From assembly GCA_001510075.1 (NCBI GenBank), contig LFEN01000034.1, forward strand, positions 354 through 64,353: a DNA stretch of 64,000 nucleotides, given 5' to 3'. Below are positions 8,612 through 17,167 of the stretch, one piece after another. The position numbers and the translations under genes were made by a program. How positions within the stretch are numbered: position 1 is the stretch's first letter; the number at the start of each line of letters is the position of its first letter. A model generated the notes under the pieces. That model made no database searches. It was not told where the DNA came from and was given only the letters and a program-made list of their open reading frames with translations. Source of the stretch: Alphaproteobacteria bacterium casp-alpha2 (GTDB lineage Bacteria; Pseudomonadota; Alphaproteobacteria; Rhodospirillales; Casp-alpha2).

Positions 8612-10036
8612 ATGAGCCAAGCCGCGCCCGCTCCGCAATCCGAGAGCGAATCCGAAATAATCCAAGGTCTGATAGATCGCGCCCGCACGGCGATGAAAGC
8701 GATTGCCGACGCCGATCAAGCCCGTATCGACGAGGCGGTCACCGCCTTGGCATGGTCTATTTACGAGCCCGACCGGGCCAAGGAACTGGCGGAACTCGCC
8801 GTCAGGGATACCGGCCTCGGCAACGTCGAGAGCAAGATCATCAAGAACCAGCGCAAGACCTTCGGTTGTCTGCGCGACCTGATGCGGGTCAAGACCGTCG
8901 GCGTGATCGAGGAAATCCCGGCAAAAGGTCTGGTCAAATACGCCAAACCCGTCGGCGTCGTCGCCGCCGTGTCGCCATCGACCAATCCGGCGGCAACACC
9001 CGTCAACAAGGCGATGATGGCCTTGAAGGGCGGCAACGCGGTGATCATCGCGCCGAGCCCCGCCGGAATGGGGCCGACGACAAAAACCGTCGATTACATG
9101 CGCGCTGAATTGGAAAAAATCGGCCTGCCTGCCGATCTGGTGCAGGTACTGCCCAGTCCGGTCAACAAGGCGCTGACCCAGTCCTTGATGGAAGCCTGTG
9201 ATCTGGTTGTCGTTACCGGATCGCAAAACAATGTGCGCCGGGCCTATTCGTCGGGCACGCCGGCGATTGGCGTCGGCGCCGGCAATGTCTCGGTGATTAT
9301 CGATTCCACGGCAAATCTCAAAGACGCCGCGGAAAAAATCACCATGTCGAAAATTTTCGACAACTCGACATCGTGCTCGTCGGAAAATGCGGTGATTATT
9401 CTGGACGATGTTTATGACGACGCTATCGCGGCGCTCAAAGCTGCGGGCGGATATCTGGCGGATGCGGACGAAAAGCAGAAAATCCAGGATACGCTCTGGG
9501 TTGACGGGCATCTCAACCGCCATGTCATCGCCAAGGATGCCGACGTGCTGGCCAAACAAACCGGCCTTTCCGGCGAGGCGGAAAAGGCTAAATTTTTTAT
9601 GGTCGAGGATGAAAACCCCGGCCCCGGCCATCCTTTTGCCGATGAAAAACTGTCCCTGGTGTTGACGGTCTACCGGGCGTCCGATTTCGCCGACGCCATG
9701 GCCCAGGTCGATGCCATCATGGATGTCTGCGGGCGCGGCCATTCGGTCGGTATCCATACCGGGGACATGGACCATGCCCGCAAACTGGCCGAAGACCTTC
9801 AGGTCGTCCGTGTGCTGGTCAATCAGGCGCACACGTTCGGTAACGGCGGCAGCTTTACCAACGGCCTCGACTTCACCCTGACCATGGGTTGTGGCACCTG
9901 GGCCGGGAATTCCATTTCCGAAAACCTGAACTACAAGATGTTCATCAACACCACCCATCTGGTAACGGAAATCCCCGAGGACAAACCGTCCGAAGAAGAA
10001 TTGTTCGGCGATTACTGGGCGAAATACAGCAAATGA
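8612..10036 (+). CDS. CoA-acylating aldehyde dehydrogenase (AdhE-N / EutE / SauS-type, ALDH family 20-like)
   Basis: Motifs PVGVVAAVSPSTNPAATP, AYSSGTPAIGVGAGN, FDNSTSCSSENA (catalytic Cys) and GCGTWAGNSISENL match the acylating ACDH family. Confidence 0.8.
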   Translation: MSQAAPAPQSESESEIIQGLIDRARTAMKAIADADQARIDEAVTALAWSIYEPDRAKELAELAVRDTGLGNVESKIIKNQRKTFGCLRDLMRVKTVGVIEEIPAKGLVKYAKPVGVVAAVSPSTNPAATPVNKAMMALKGGNAVIIAPSPAGMGPTTKTVDYMRAELEKIGLPADLVQVLPSPVNKALTQSLMEACDLVVVTGSQNNVRRAYSSGTPAIGVGAGNVSVIIDSTANLKDAAEKITMSKIFDNSTSCSSENAVIILDDVYDDAIAALKAAGGYLADADEKQKIQDTLWVDGHLNRHVIAKDADVLAKQTGLSGEAEKAKFFMVEDENPGPGHPFADEKLSLVLTVYRASDFADAMAQVDAIMDVCGRGHSVGIHTGDMDHARKLAEDLQVVRVLVNQAHTFGNGGSFTNGLDFTLTMGCGTWAGNSISENLNYKMFINTTHLVTEIPEDKPSEEELFGDYWAKYSK

Positions 10037-11166
10037 ACTTCGAAGAATACGCGGGCAAGCCGCTATTGAAAGCGGCCGGCATTGCCGTGCCGGACGGAAA
10101 ACTAGCCACCATGTCTGACGAGGCGGCGGACGCCTTTGACGCCATCGGGCCATGTGTCGTCAAGGCGCAGGTGCCGACCGGCAAGCGCGGCAAGGCGGGC
10201 GGCATCAAGATCGCCGACAGCGCCGACGAGGCACGGGCGGCGGCGGAGGCTATCCTCGGCATGGATATCGCCGGCCACACGGTGGCCAGTGTGCTGGTCG
10301 AGGGGCGGTCTGAAATCAGGCGCGAGTATTATGCCGCCGTCATGAACTCCCCCGAGACAAAAGGTCCCATGGTCCTGTTTTCAGCCCTGGGCGGCATGGA
10401 TATCGAGGAAGCCGCGGCCCAGGACGCTGACGCCGTTCGCAGACACCCGGTCGATGTGCGCGACGGCTTTTCGGCGGCCGATGGCGAGCGGATGCTGGAT
10501 GGCCTCGACCTCGACGGCGCGCAAGTGGAGATCGCGGGTATTTTGGCAAAGCTCTATACGGCGTACCGGGAAAACGACGCCGAACTGCTGGAAATAAACC
10601 CTTTGGCGATGACCCACAAAGGCTTGATGGCGCTGGATTGCAAGTTCGTCATGGACGATTCTGCTATCAAGCGTCATCAGGAACTGGCCGCCACCGGCAC
10701 GCCGGAAAGGCTGACCGGGCTGGAATTGCGCGGCGAAGGAGCCGGCATCAAATACATCGAGTTGGACGGCGACGTCGGCGTGCTCGCCAACGGCGCCGGG
10801 CTGACGATGACGACCATGGACGTCGTCCGCCACCATGGCGGCAGGCCGGCAAATTTTTGCGAGATCGGCGGCGCCGCCTATACGAAGGCGCAGGCTGCCC
10901 TGGAAATGGTCCTCGACAAGCCGGGCGTCAAAAGCCTGGTGGTCAATTTCTGCGGCGCGTTTGCGCGCTGTGAAGTGATGATGGAAGGCCTTTTGAACGC
11001 CTGGGATGAAATAAAACCCGACATCCCGGTATTTTTTTCAATCGCCGGCACCGGTGATGAGGAAGCCATCGCCATGCTCAAGGATAGGCTCGGCATTGAC
11101 CCATTGCCCGACATGGACGCCGCCTGCAAGGCCGCCGTCGATGCAGCCAGGGAGGGGTCCAAATGA
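10033..11166 (+). CDS. ADP-forming acid-CoA ligase beta subunit (SucC-like ATP-grasp)
   Basis: ATG at 10033 overlaps the upstream stop (ATGA). MNFEEYAGKPLLKAAGIAVP, VVKAQVPTGKRGKAGGIK and LEINPL are succinyl-CoA-synthetase-beta-like. Confidence 0.8.
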   Translation: MNFEEYAGKPLLKAAGIAVPDGKLATMSDEAADAFDAIGPCVVKAQVPTGKRGKAGGIKIADSADEARAAAEAILGMDIAGHTVASVLVEGRSEIRREYYAAVMNSPETKGPMVLFSALGGMDIEEAAAQDADAVRRHPVDVRDGFSAADGERMLDGLDLDGAQVEIAGILAKLYTAYRENDAELLEINPLAMTHKGLMALDCKFVMDDSAIKRHQELAATGTPERLTGLELRGEGAGIKYIELDGDVGVLANGAGLTMTTMDVVRHHGGRPANFCEIGGAAYTKAQAALEMVLDKPGVKSLVVNFCGAFARCEVMMEGLLNAWDEIKPDIPVFFSIAGTGDEEAIAMLKDRLGIDPLPDMDAACKAAVDAAREGSK

Positions 11167-12038
11167 AGATCGTACGCGGTCATCACCGGGTCCTCATCCA
11201 GGGTATCACCGGCAAGCAGGGCACGTTCTGGACCGAACGCATGCAGGAATACGGCACCAACGTCGTCGGCGGGGTAAACCCTAAAAAAGCCGGCACCACC
11301 CATTGCGGCGTGCCGGTGTTTGCGTCCGCCGCCCTGGCCATGAAAGAAGTCGAATTTGACGTTTCCGTGTTGTTTATTCCACCCCTGGGCGTCAAGGACG
11401 CCGCCCTGGACGCCATCGAGGCCGGGGCCAAGAACCTCTGTATTTTGACCGAACATATCCCCGTGCAGGACGTCATGGTGTTTCTGGCCGCTGCCCAAGA
11501 CAAGGGCACCAGCATCACCGGACCTAACACGGCGGGCTCCGTCACCATCGGCGAATGCTTCACCGGGTTCATGCCGGCCTTTAACGAGCGCATCTTCAAA
11601 AAAGGCGCCGTCGGCGTGATGTCGCGATCGGGTAGCCTGGGCACGCTGATGTGCCAGAACATCGTCTCGGCAGGCTACGGCCAGTCGGCCTTCATCGGTA
11701 TCGGCGGCGACCCCATCATCGGCACGACGACTAGCCAAGCGCTGGAAGCGCTTGATAATTTTGAAGATACCGAGGCGGTGGTGATCGTCGGTGAAATCGG
11801 CGGCGCCATGGAAGAAGACGCTGCCCTTTACGCGAAAACCATGTCCAAACCCGTCATCGCCTTTATCGCCGGTGGTGCCGCCCCGCCGGGCAAGAAGATG
11901 GGCCACGCCGGGGCCATCGTCTTGGGCGACAAGGGAACCTACAAGTCCAAGAAAGAGGCGCTCGAAGGGGCCGGGGTTACGGTGCTCGATACGCCGTCCG
12001 ATGTCGGCAAGGTTCTGAAAGACCGTTTAAAGGCCTGA
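11163..12038 (+). CDS. ADP-forming acid-CoA ligase alpha subunit (SucD-like)
   Basis: VLIQGITGKQGTF (CoA/NDP fold), SRSGSLG and GHAGAIV (phosphohistidine loop) are present. ATGA overlap with the beta subunit. Confidence 0.85.
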   Translation: MKIVRGHHRVLIQGITGKQGTFWTERMQEYGTNVVGGVNPKKAGTTHCGVPVFASAALAMKEVEFDVSVLFIPPLGVKDAALDAIEAGAKNLCILTEHIPVQDVMVFLAAAQDKGTSITGPNTAGSVTIGECFTGFMPAFNERIFKKGAVGVMSRSGSLGTLMCQNIVSAGYGQSAFIGIGGDPIIGTTTSQALEALDNFEDTEAVVIVGEIGGAMEEDAALYAKTMSKPVIAFIAGGAAPPGKKMGHAGAIVLGDKGTYKSKKEALEGAGVTVLDTPSDVGKVLKDRLKA

Positions 12039-13358
12039 AATCAGCACCCAGGCAATGGCCAGTGGTGCGATATACCGGCAAATGATGCGCCACAGTCCCA
12101 CATAGCGGAAACCGTCGCCGATGCCGCCCTGGTTGCCGTCCATGACCTTGTCGAACACGACCCAGCCGACGAACAGGGAAATAAATATCCCGCCTGTCGG
12201 CAGCAGGATGTTCGACGCCAGATAATCCATGGCATCGAAGAAGCCCTTGCCGGCGACGGTGTAATCGTTCCAGATGCCGAGGGACAGGGACGACGGGATG
12301 CCGAGCAGGAAAATAGCAATCCCTGAACTCAACGCTGCTTTAGGCCGGGCGATGCCTTTTTCATCGACCAGATAGGCGACCACCACCTCGATTAGCGAAA
12401 TTGCCGATGTCAGCGCCGCCACCGCCAGAAGAACGAAGAACAAGACGCCGAAAAAAGCGCCGAAGGGAATCTTCGAGAACACGGCGGGCAGGGTAATGAA
12501 CGTCAGCCCCGGCCCCGCGCCGGGGTCGAAACCGAAGGCAAACACGGCAGGCAAAATCATGAACCCGGCCATCACCGCGATCAGGGTATCCAGCGATGTA
12601 ACCCAAAGCGCCGCGCCTGGAAGATTTGTCGTTCTAGCCAGATAAGAGCCGTAGGTGATCATGGTGCCCATGCCCAGTGATAGCGAGAAGAAAGCGTGGC
12701 CGAGGGCGGCGGTGATCATGGCGCCGTCGACCTTGGAAAAATCCGGACTAAGGAAAAAAGCAACGCCCTTGGCGGCACCCGGCAGGGTCAGCGAGCGTAC
12801 GCACAATACTACCAGCAGAATAAACAATACCGGCATCAACACCCGGCACGTACGTTCGATGCCGGTATCGATGCCACGGGCGACGACGGCGATGGTCGCC
12901 AGCATGAACAGGGCGTGGTAGATAATCGGTTCCACCGGGTCACCGATAAACGCCCCGAAAGCAGCCCCCAGCGCTTTTGCGTCCCCGGACGCCATCAACC
13001 CCGTCGCCGATTTGACGGCATAAGCGACGGTCCAGCCGCCGACGACGCTGTAAAATGACAGGATGATAAATCCGGTGAAAACACCCATGACGCCGATGGC
13101 TGTCCATGCGCCGCCCTTCAGGTGCCTGAAGGCGCCGACCGGATTGCGCTTGGTTCTTCGCCCAATGGCGAATTCCGCCAGCATAACGCTGAGCCCGATG
13201 GAGAGGATGAAGCCTAAGTAGATGATCAAAAAAGCGCCGCCGCCGTTTTGGCCGGCGAGATAGGGGAACTTCCAAATATTGCCGAGGCCGACGGCAGAAC
13301 CGGCGGCGGCGAGAATAAACCCTGCCCTGGTGGTGAATTGTCCGCGAACGCCTGACAT
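12027..13358 (-). CDS. Sodium-dependent transporter, neurotransmitter:sodium symporter (NSS/SNF) family
   Basis: The N-terminal signature GFILAAAGSAVGLGNIWKFPYLAGQNGGGAFL is diagnostic of the NSS family. 443 aa, polytopic. Confidence 0.9.
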   Translation of the reverse strand: MSGVRGQFTTRAGFILAAAGSAVGLGNIWKFPYLAGQNGGGAFLIIYLGFILSIGLSVMLAEFAIGRRTKRNPVGAFRHLKGGAWTAIGVMGVFTGFIILSFYSVVGGWTVAYAVKSATGLMASGDAKALGAAFGAFIGDPVEPIIYHALFMLATIAVVARGIDTGIERTCRVLMPVLFILLVVLCVRSLTLPGAAKGVAFFLSPDFSKVDGAMITAALGHAFFSLSLGMGTMITYGSYLARTTNLPGAALWVTSLDTLIAVMAGFMILPAVFAFGFDPGAGPGLTFITLPAVFSKIPFGAFFGVLFFVLLAVAALTSAISLIEVVVAYLVDEKGIARPKAALSSGIAIFLLGIPSSLSLGIWNDYTVAGKGFFDAMDYLASNILLPTGGIFISLFVGWVVFDKVMDGNQGGIGDGFRYVGLWRIICRYIAPLAIAWVLISGL

Positions 13359-13376
13359 GTTTGCCCCTCTTTGGCG

Positions 13377-14129
13377 CTAGAATACCGCCCTTCGGATCAG
13401 GTTTAAACCGATGATCAACAAAATCACCAACATCACCTTGCGGAATGTTTCCTGGTCGATGCGGTCGCGAATGACTTCGCCAATGCGGATGCCGACCATC
13501 CCCGGTACGCAAGCCGCGATGGAAAGCGGGATGATGTCGCCGGTAAATATGCCGTTGCGCCAATAGGCGATGGCCAGGGGGATGGCGAGACAAAACCATG
13601 CCAGCCCGACGGTGCGCACGAAGGCCTCCTTGGGCAGCTTCAGCATGACAAAATACATCATCATCGGCGGCCCCCAGATGGTGGTGATGCCGCCCAGCAA
13701 CCCGCCAAGGGCGCCGGCCATCGGTCCCAGCCATTTTTCCGTTTCAGGCGTGATCGGATGCACCCGAGGTTTGGCCAGATTAAGGGCGGAAAACGTGGCG
13801 ACGATGGCGCCTAAAATAGCAAACAGCACGGCGGTATCGATGATGACGACCAACTCGGCGCCGATGAACAGGCACACCAGGGCAACGACGATCATTAACC
13901 AGAACCGGCTGAGCGGCTGCAACAAGTTTCCCGCCCGCACCGCCTGCCACAGGTTGGTAACCAGGATCGGCGCCACCAAAAGGCCGAGCACGCTCAACGG
14001 CGGCAAAAAGTTCAGCAAGATAGCCATGCTTACGATCGGCAGACCAAGTGCGACAATGCCCTTGACGATGCCGCCGACGATCAGCGCCGCCGAGATGATC
14101 GCCAGCATATCCCATTCGTAGCCGAACAT
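13377..14129 (-). CDS. TauE/SafE-family (DUF81) anion exporter, sulfite-exporter-like
   Basis: 250-aa protein with about 8 TM segments and the internal duplicated Gly-rich helices typical of TauE/SafE. It lies 18 nt upstream of the NSS gene on the same strand. Confidence 0.75.
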   Translation of the reverse strand: MFGYEWDMLAIISAALIVGGIVKGIVALGLPIVSMAILLNFLPPLSVLGLLVAPILVTNLWQAVRAGNLLQPLSRFWLMIVVALVCLFIGAELVVIIDTAVLFAILGAIVATFSALNLAKPRVHPITPETEKWLGPMAGALGGLLGGITTIWGPPMMMYFVMLKLPKEAFVRTVGLAWFCLAIPLAIAYWRNGIFTGDIIPLSIAACVPGMVGIRIGEVIRDRIDQETFRKVMLVILLIIGLNLIRRAVF

Positions 14130-14181
14130 TTTTTGAAGAACTCCCCCGGCCTTTCCGGTCCCTCATCTTATCCACCGTGTT

Positions 14182-14195
14182 GGTGTTGGAACACC
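14182..14195. promoter_or_regulatory. Inverted repeat GGTGTT-GG-AACACC (preceded by tandem GTGTTG GTGTTG) in the promoter region of the FRD-like operon
   Basis: Read directly in the 92-nt intergenic region 14130-14221. No binding protein can be assigned. Confidence 0.3.
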
Positions 14196-14221
14196 GCTAA
14201 TTAACATCTTATACTCCTGCC

Positions 14222-14938
14222 ATGGAGGGGGTATTGAAAGTTTCGATCTGGCGCGGCGGCAAGGTTGGCCGCTTCGTTGCCTATGAGGTGCCGAGGCTGG
14301 AAAACCAGACGGTGCTGGATGTCGTCACCTATGTGCAGCGCAAACTGGACCCAAGTTTAAGCTACCGGTTTTCGTGCCGCGTCGGCATGTGCGGGTCCTG
14401 CGCCATGACGGTAAACGGCAAGCCCCGGTGGACGTGTCGCACGCATGTGTCAAAGGTCGCTGTTGGCGGGACGCTGGAAATTGCCCCCTTGGGCAATCTG
14501 GCCGTCATCAAGGATTTGTCCGTAGACATGCGGGTCTTCTTCGACAAGTGGGCCAAGGCCGGCGGCGCCTTCAAGGGCGACAAAACCAGGGACGATGACT
14601 TCGCTCTGATCAAGCCTGCGGACAAACAGCGCCAGAACGCCAACGCCGGTATCGAATGCATCGGTTGCGGGGTCTGTTACGCCGGCTGCGATGTCGTCCG
14701 ATGGAAACCCGATTACCTGGGCCCGGCGGCGCTCAATCGCGCCTGGACGCTGGTCAATGACGCCCGCGATACCCAGGGCCCGGTCCGGCTGCAACTCATC
14801 GCCGGGGAAAACGGCTGTCTCGGATGCCATTCCCAGCAAAGCTGCCAGGAACACTGCCCCAAACATCTGAGCCCGACGGCGTCTATCGCCGGCCTGAAAC
14901 GCGCCGTCAGTGTGGCGGCGCTGAAGGGCCGGTTATGA
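14222..14938 (+). CDS. Succinate dehydrogenase / fumarate reductase iron-sulfur subunit
   Basis: Three Cys clusters: CRVGMCGSCAMTVNGKPRWTC (2Fe-2S), CIGCGVCYAGC (4Fe-4S), CLGCHSQQSCQEHCP (3Fe-4S). Confidence 0.85.
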   Translation: MEGVLKVSIWRGGKVGRFVAYEVPRLENQTVLDVVTYVQRKLDPSLSYRFSCRVGMCGSCAMTVNGKPRWTCRTHVSKVAVGGTLEIAPLGNLAVIKDLSVDMRVFFDKWAKAGGAFKGDKTRDDDFALIKPADKQRQNANAGIECIGCGVCYAGCDVVRWKPDYLGPAALNRAWTLVNDARDTQGPVRLQLIAGENGCLGCHSQQSCQEHCPKHLSPTASIAGLKRAVSVAALKGRL

Positions 14939-15303
14939 ACGCCGATCTCGCCTATGCCGATAAGATGGATAGCCGGTTGTGGCTGATCCAGCGCATCACT
15001 GCGGTTGTGCTGGCCGTTGCCGTTGTTGTCCATCTGGCAACCATCATTGTTGCCGTTCAGGGTGGCCTGTCGGCGGCGGAAATCGTTTCCCGCGTCGGTG
15101 GAAGCTTGGGTTGGGCAATGTTTTATGGTGTGTTCGTGGTTGCCGCCGGTCTCCACGCACCGATCGGATTGCGCACCATTTTACGCGAAATGACGCCGCT
15201 GTCGCCGGGCGCGACCAATGGGCTGATGATAGCGTTTGGCACGGTGCTGATGGGGTTCGGTTTTCGGGCCGTCCTGGCCTTTTACGAGATGGGGGGCGGA
15301 TGA
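14935..15303 (+). CDS. Small hydrophobic membrane-anchor subunit of the FRD/SDH-like complex
   Basis: 122 aa with 3 predicted TM helices. ATGA overlaps at both ends. Assigned by position and hydrophobicity only. Confidence 0.55.
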   Translation: MNADLAYADKMDSRLWLIQRITAVVLAVAVVVHLATIIVAVQGGLSAAEIVSRVGGSLGWAMFYGVFVVAAGLHAPIGLRTILREMTPLSPGATNGLMIAFGTVLMGFGFRAVLAFYEMGGG

Positions 15304-15644
15304 CAATGACAAGTCATAGGAGCCATCCATCCTATTGGGCGTTTGTGCTGCACCGGGTATCGGGGCTGGTGCTGGCGGTGTTTCTGCCCTTTCATTTCAG
15401 CCTGCTGGTTCAGGCTACCGAGTATGCAGTGGGGTTTGACGGCTTCCTGAAATGGTCTGAACAGCCGATGGTGAAACTGGCCGAAACCGGGCTTATTGTA
15501 TTGCTCGCCCTGCACCTGACCGGCGGGGTGCGGCTGCTGGCGCTGGAGTTCCTTGCGTGGCGGGATTGGCAAAAGACCCTGGTTGCCGTTTGCGGGGGCT
15601 TGAGCCTCGCCATCGGGCTTTTGTTTCTGGTCAACGCCGTTTGA
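15300..15644 (+). CDS. Small hydrophobic membrane-anchor subunit (FrdC-like) of the FRD/SDH-like complex
   Basis: 114 aa with 3 TM helices. The N-terminus SYWAFVLHRVSGLVLAVFL resembles the FrdC pattern. Confidence 0.55.
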   Translation: MTMTSHRSHPSYWAFVLHRVSGLVLAVFLPFHFSLLVQATEYAVGFDGFLKWSEQPMVKLAETGLIVLLALHLTGGVRLLALEFLAWRDWQKTLVAVCGGLSLAIGLLFLVNAV

Positions 15645-15678
15645 CCGGGCTTAAATCATTGAGGAACGGAAATAGGCC

Positions 15679-16554
15679 ATGAAGATTGATCTGGAAGCCA
15701 TCGAAGAAACGGCCAAGCTGTTGTATATCCGCGCCCTCAAGGTGCTGCCGGATGACATCAAGGACGGGTTTCAAAGACTCGACGCCTCCGAGACCGACGC
15801 CACCGGCAAATCCATCCTGGCGACGATGATCAAAAATATCGACGTCGCCGAGGACACGGATAACCTGTTGTGCCAGGACACGGGCATTCCCATTTACAAC
15901 GTCACCATCGGGCGCGGCGTCGAAACCGACGGCATCGATCTGAAAGACGCCATCCGCAAAGGCTGTGCGCGCGCGACAACGGAATATCCGCTGCGCTCTT
16001 CCGTCGTTCATCCGGTGACCCGTGTTAACGAACACACGTCGTGCGGCCATCGGGTGCCGGTCATCAACATCGATTTTTCCGATCAGGCGGAAGAGCTGGT
16101 GATTGAAATGATCCCCAAGGGCTCTGGCTCGGAAAACGGCTCGTTCCTGAAAATGTGCATCCCGGCGGAAGGCTTGGGCGGCATCAAGACCTTCGTCATC
16201 GACAAGGTCATGGAGGCCGGCGGCAAGGTCTGCCCGCCGACCATCGTCGGCGTCGGCGTCGGCGGCACGGCGGACCTTTGCTCAAAATTGGCGAAGATCG
16301 CCGCAACGCGGCCCCTGGGGTCTGTTTGCGGCGACCCGGAAGGCGCCAAGCTGGAACAAGAACTGGGCCGGGCCGTCAACAGCCTCGGCATCGGGCCGCA
16401 GGGGCTGGGCGGCGATTCGACGTCTTTTGCGGTGCATGTGGAAATTGCGGCGACGCACATCACCATGAACCCGGTCGCCGTCAACATTCAATGCCACTCC
16501 GCCCGCCGTGCCCGGGCGACGTTTAAACCCGATGGCGTCGAGATTGGATTTTAA
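15679..16554 (+). CDS. Class-I Fe-S hydro-lyase alpha subunit (fumarate hydratase N-terminal domain / tartrate dehydratase TtdA type)
   Basis: 291 aa. Contains CQDTGIP, the Fe-S ligand motif of class-I fumarase/tartrate dehydratase, and is colinear with the N-terminal half of FumA. Confidence 0.85.
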   Translation: MKIDLEAIEETAKLLYIRALKVLPDDIKDGFQRLDASETDATGKSILATMIKNIDVAEDTDNLLCQDTGIPIYNVTIGRGVETDGIDLKDAIRKGCARATTEYPLRSSVVHPVTRVNEHTSCGHRVPVINIDFSDQAEELVIEMIPKGSGSENGSFLKMCIPAEGLGGIKTFVIDKVMEAGGKVCPPTIVGVGVGGTADLCSKLAKIAATRPLGSVCGDPEGAKLEQELGRAVNSLGIGPQGLGGDSTSFAVHVEIAATHITMNPVAVNIQCHSARRARATFKPDGVEIGF

Positions 16555-16555
16555 G

Positions 16556-17167
16556 ATGGCGGATTATAATTTTTCCATGCCGTGTACGGAAGACGACATC
16601 CGCAAACTTCGCATCGGCGATCACGTAACGCTTCAGGACACCTTGTTTGGTATCCGCGATGCGACACAAATCCATATGTTCGACAAAGGCCGGGAAACCC
16701 GACTGGACCTGAACGGCCACGCGGTCATCCACACGGCGCCGAATGTCAAAAAAGTGCCGGTCAGCAATTCCTGTCCGGCGGGCTATCAGTCGATCTGTAT
16801 CGGCACGACAACGTCGGCGCGGATGGAACGCTTCACCCGGCCACTGATGGAACGCAATGGTGTTCGCATCATCATCGGCAAGGGCGGGCTGGGGTCTGAC
16901 AGCGCCGCCGCCTTCAAGGAGCTGGGCGGTGTTTATCTCGCCATTATCGGCGGCACGGCGGCGCTGGAAACCACCTGGATCGACAGGATCCTCGATGCCG
17001 ATCTCGATGACCTCAACCCGGAAAGCCTGTGGCAGTTCGAAATTCATGACTTCGGCCCCCTGCTGGTGGCCATGGACGCTAATGGCGACAGCCTCTATGA
17101 CGCCGTTCGGGACACGGCCGAAGAGAGACGCGCGGCAGCGCTGGCAAGCATGGGCGTCGATACTTGA
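16556..17167 (+). CDS. Class-I Fe-S hydro-lyase beta subunit (FumA C-terminal domain / TtdB type)
   Basis: ATG lies 1 nt after the alpha-subunit stop. Contains GDHVTLQDTLFGIRDATQ and IIGKGG, which are beta-subunit motifs. Confidence 0.85.
   Translation: MADYNFSMPCTEDDIRKLRIGDHVTLQDTLFGIRDATQIHMFDKGRETRLDLNGHAVIHTAPNVKKVPVSNSCPAGYQSICIGTTTSARMERFTRPLMERNGVRIIIGKGGLGSDSAAAFKELGGVYLAIIGGTAALETTWIDRILDADLDDLNPESLWQFEIHDFGPLLVAMDANGDSLYDAVRDTAEERRAAALASMGVDT

Noticed and set aside
7739-10153. 804-aa ORF on the minus strand spanning the glmE-like and aldehyde dehydrogenase genes
   Set aside because: It is antisense to two genes with strong, full-length family similarity. Its translation is an Arg/Gly/His/Gln-rich low-information sequence with no recognisable motif. 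This is the typical shadow ORF of high-GC DNA.
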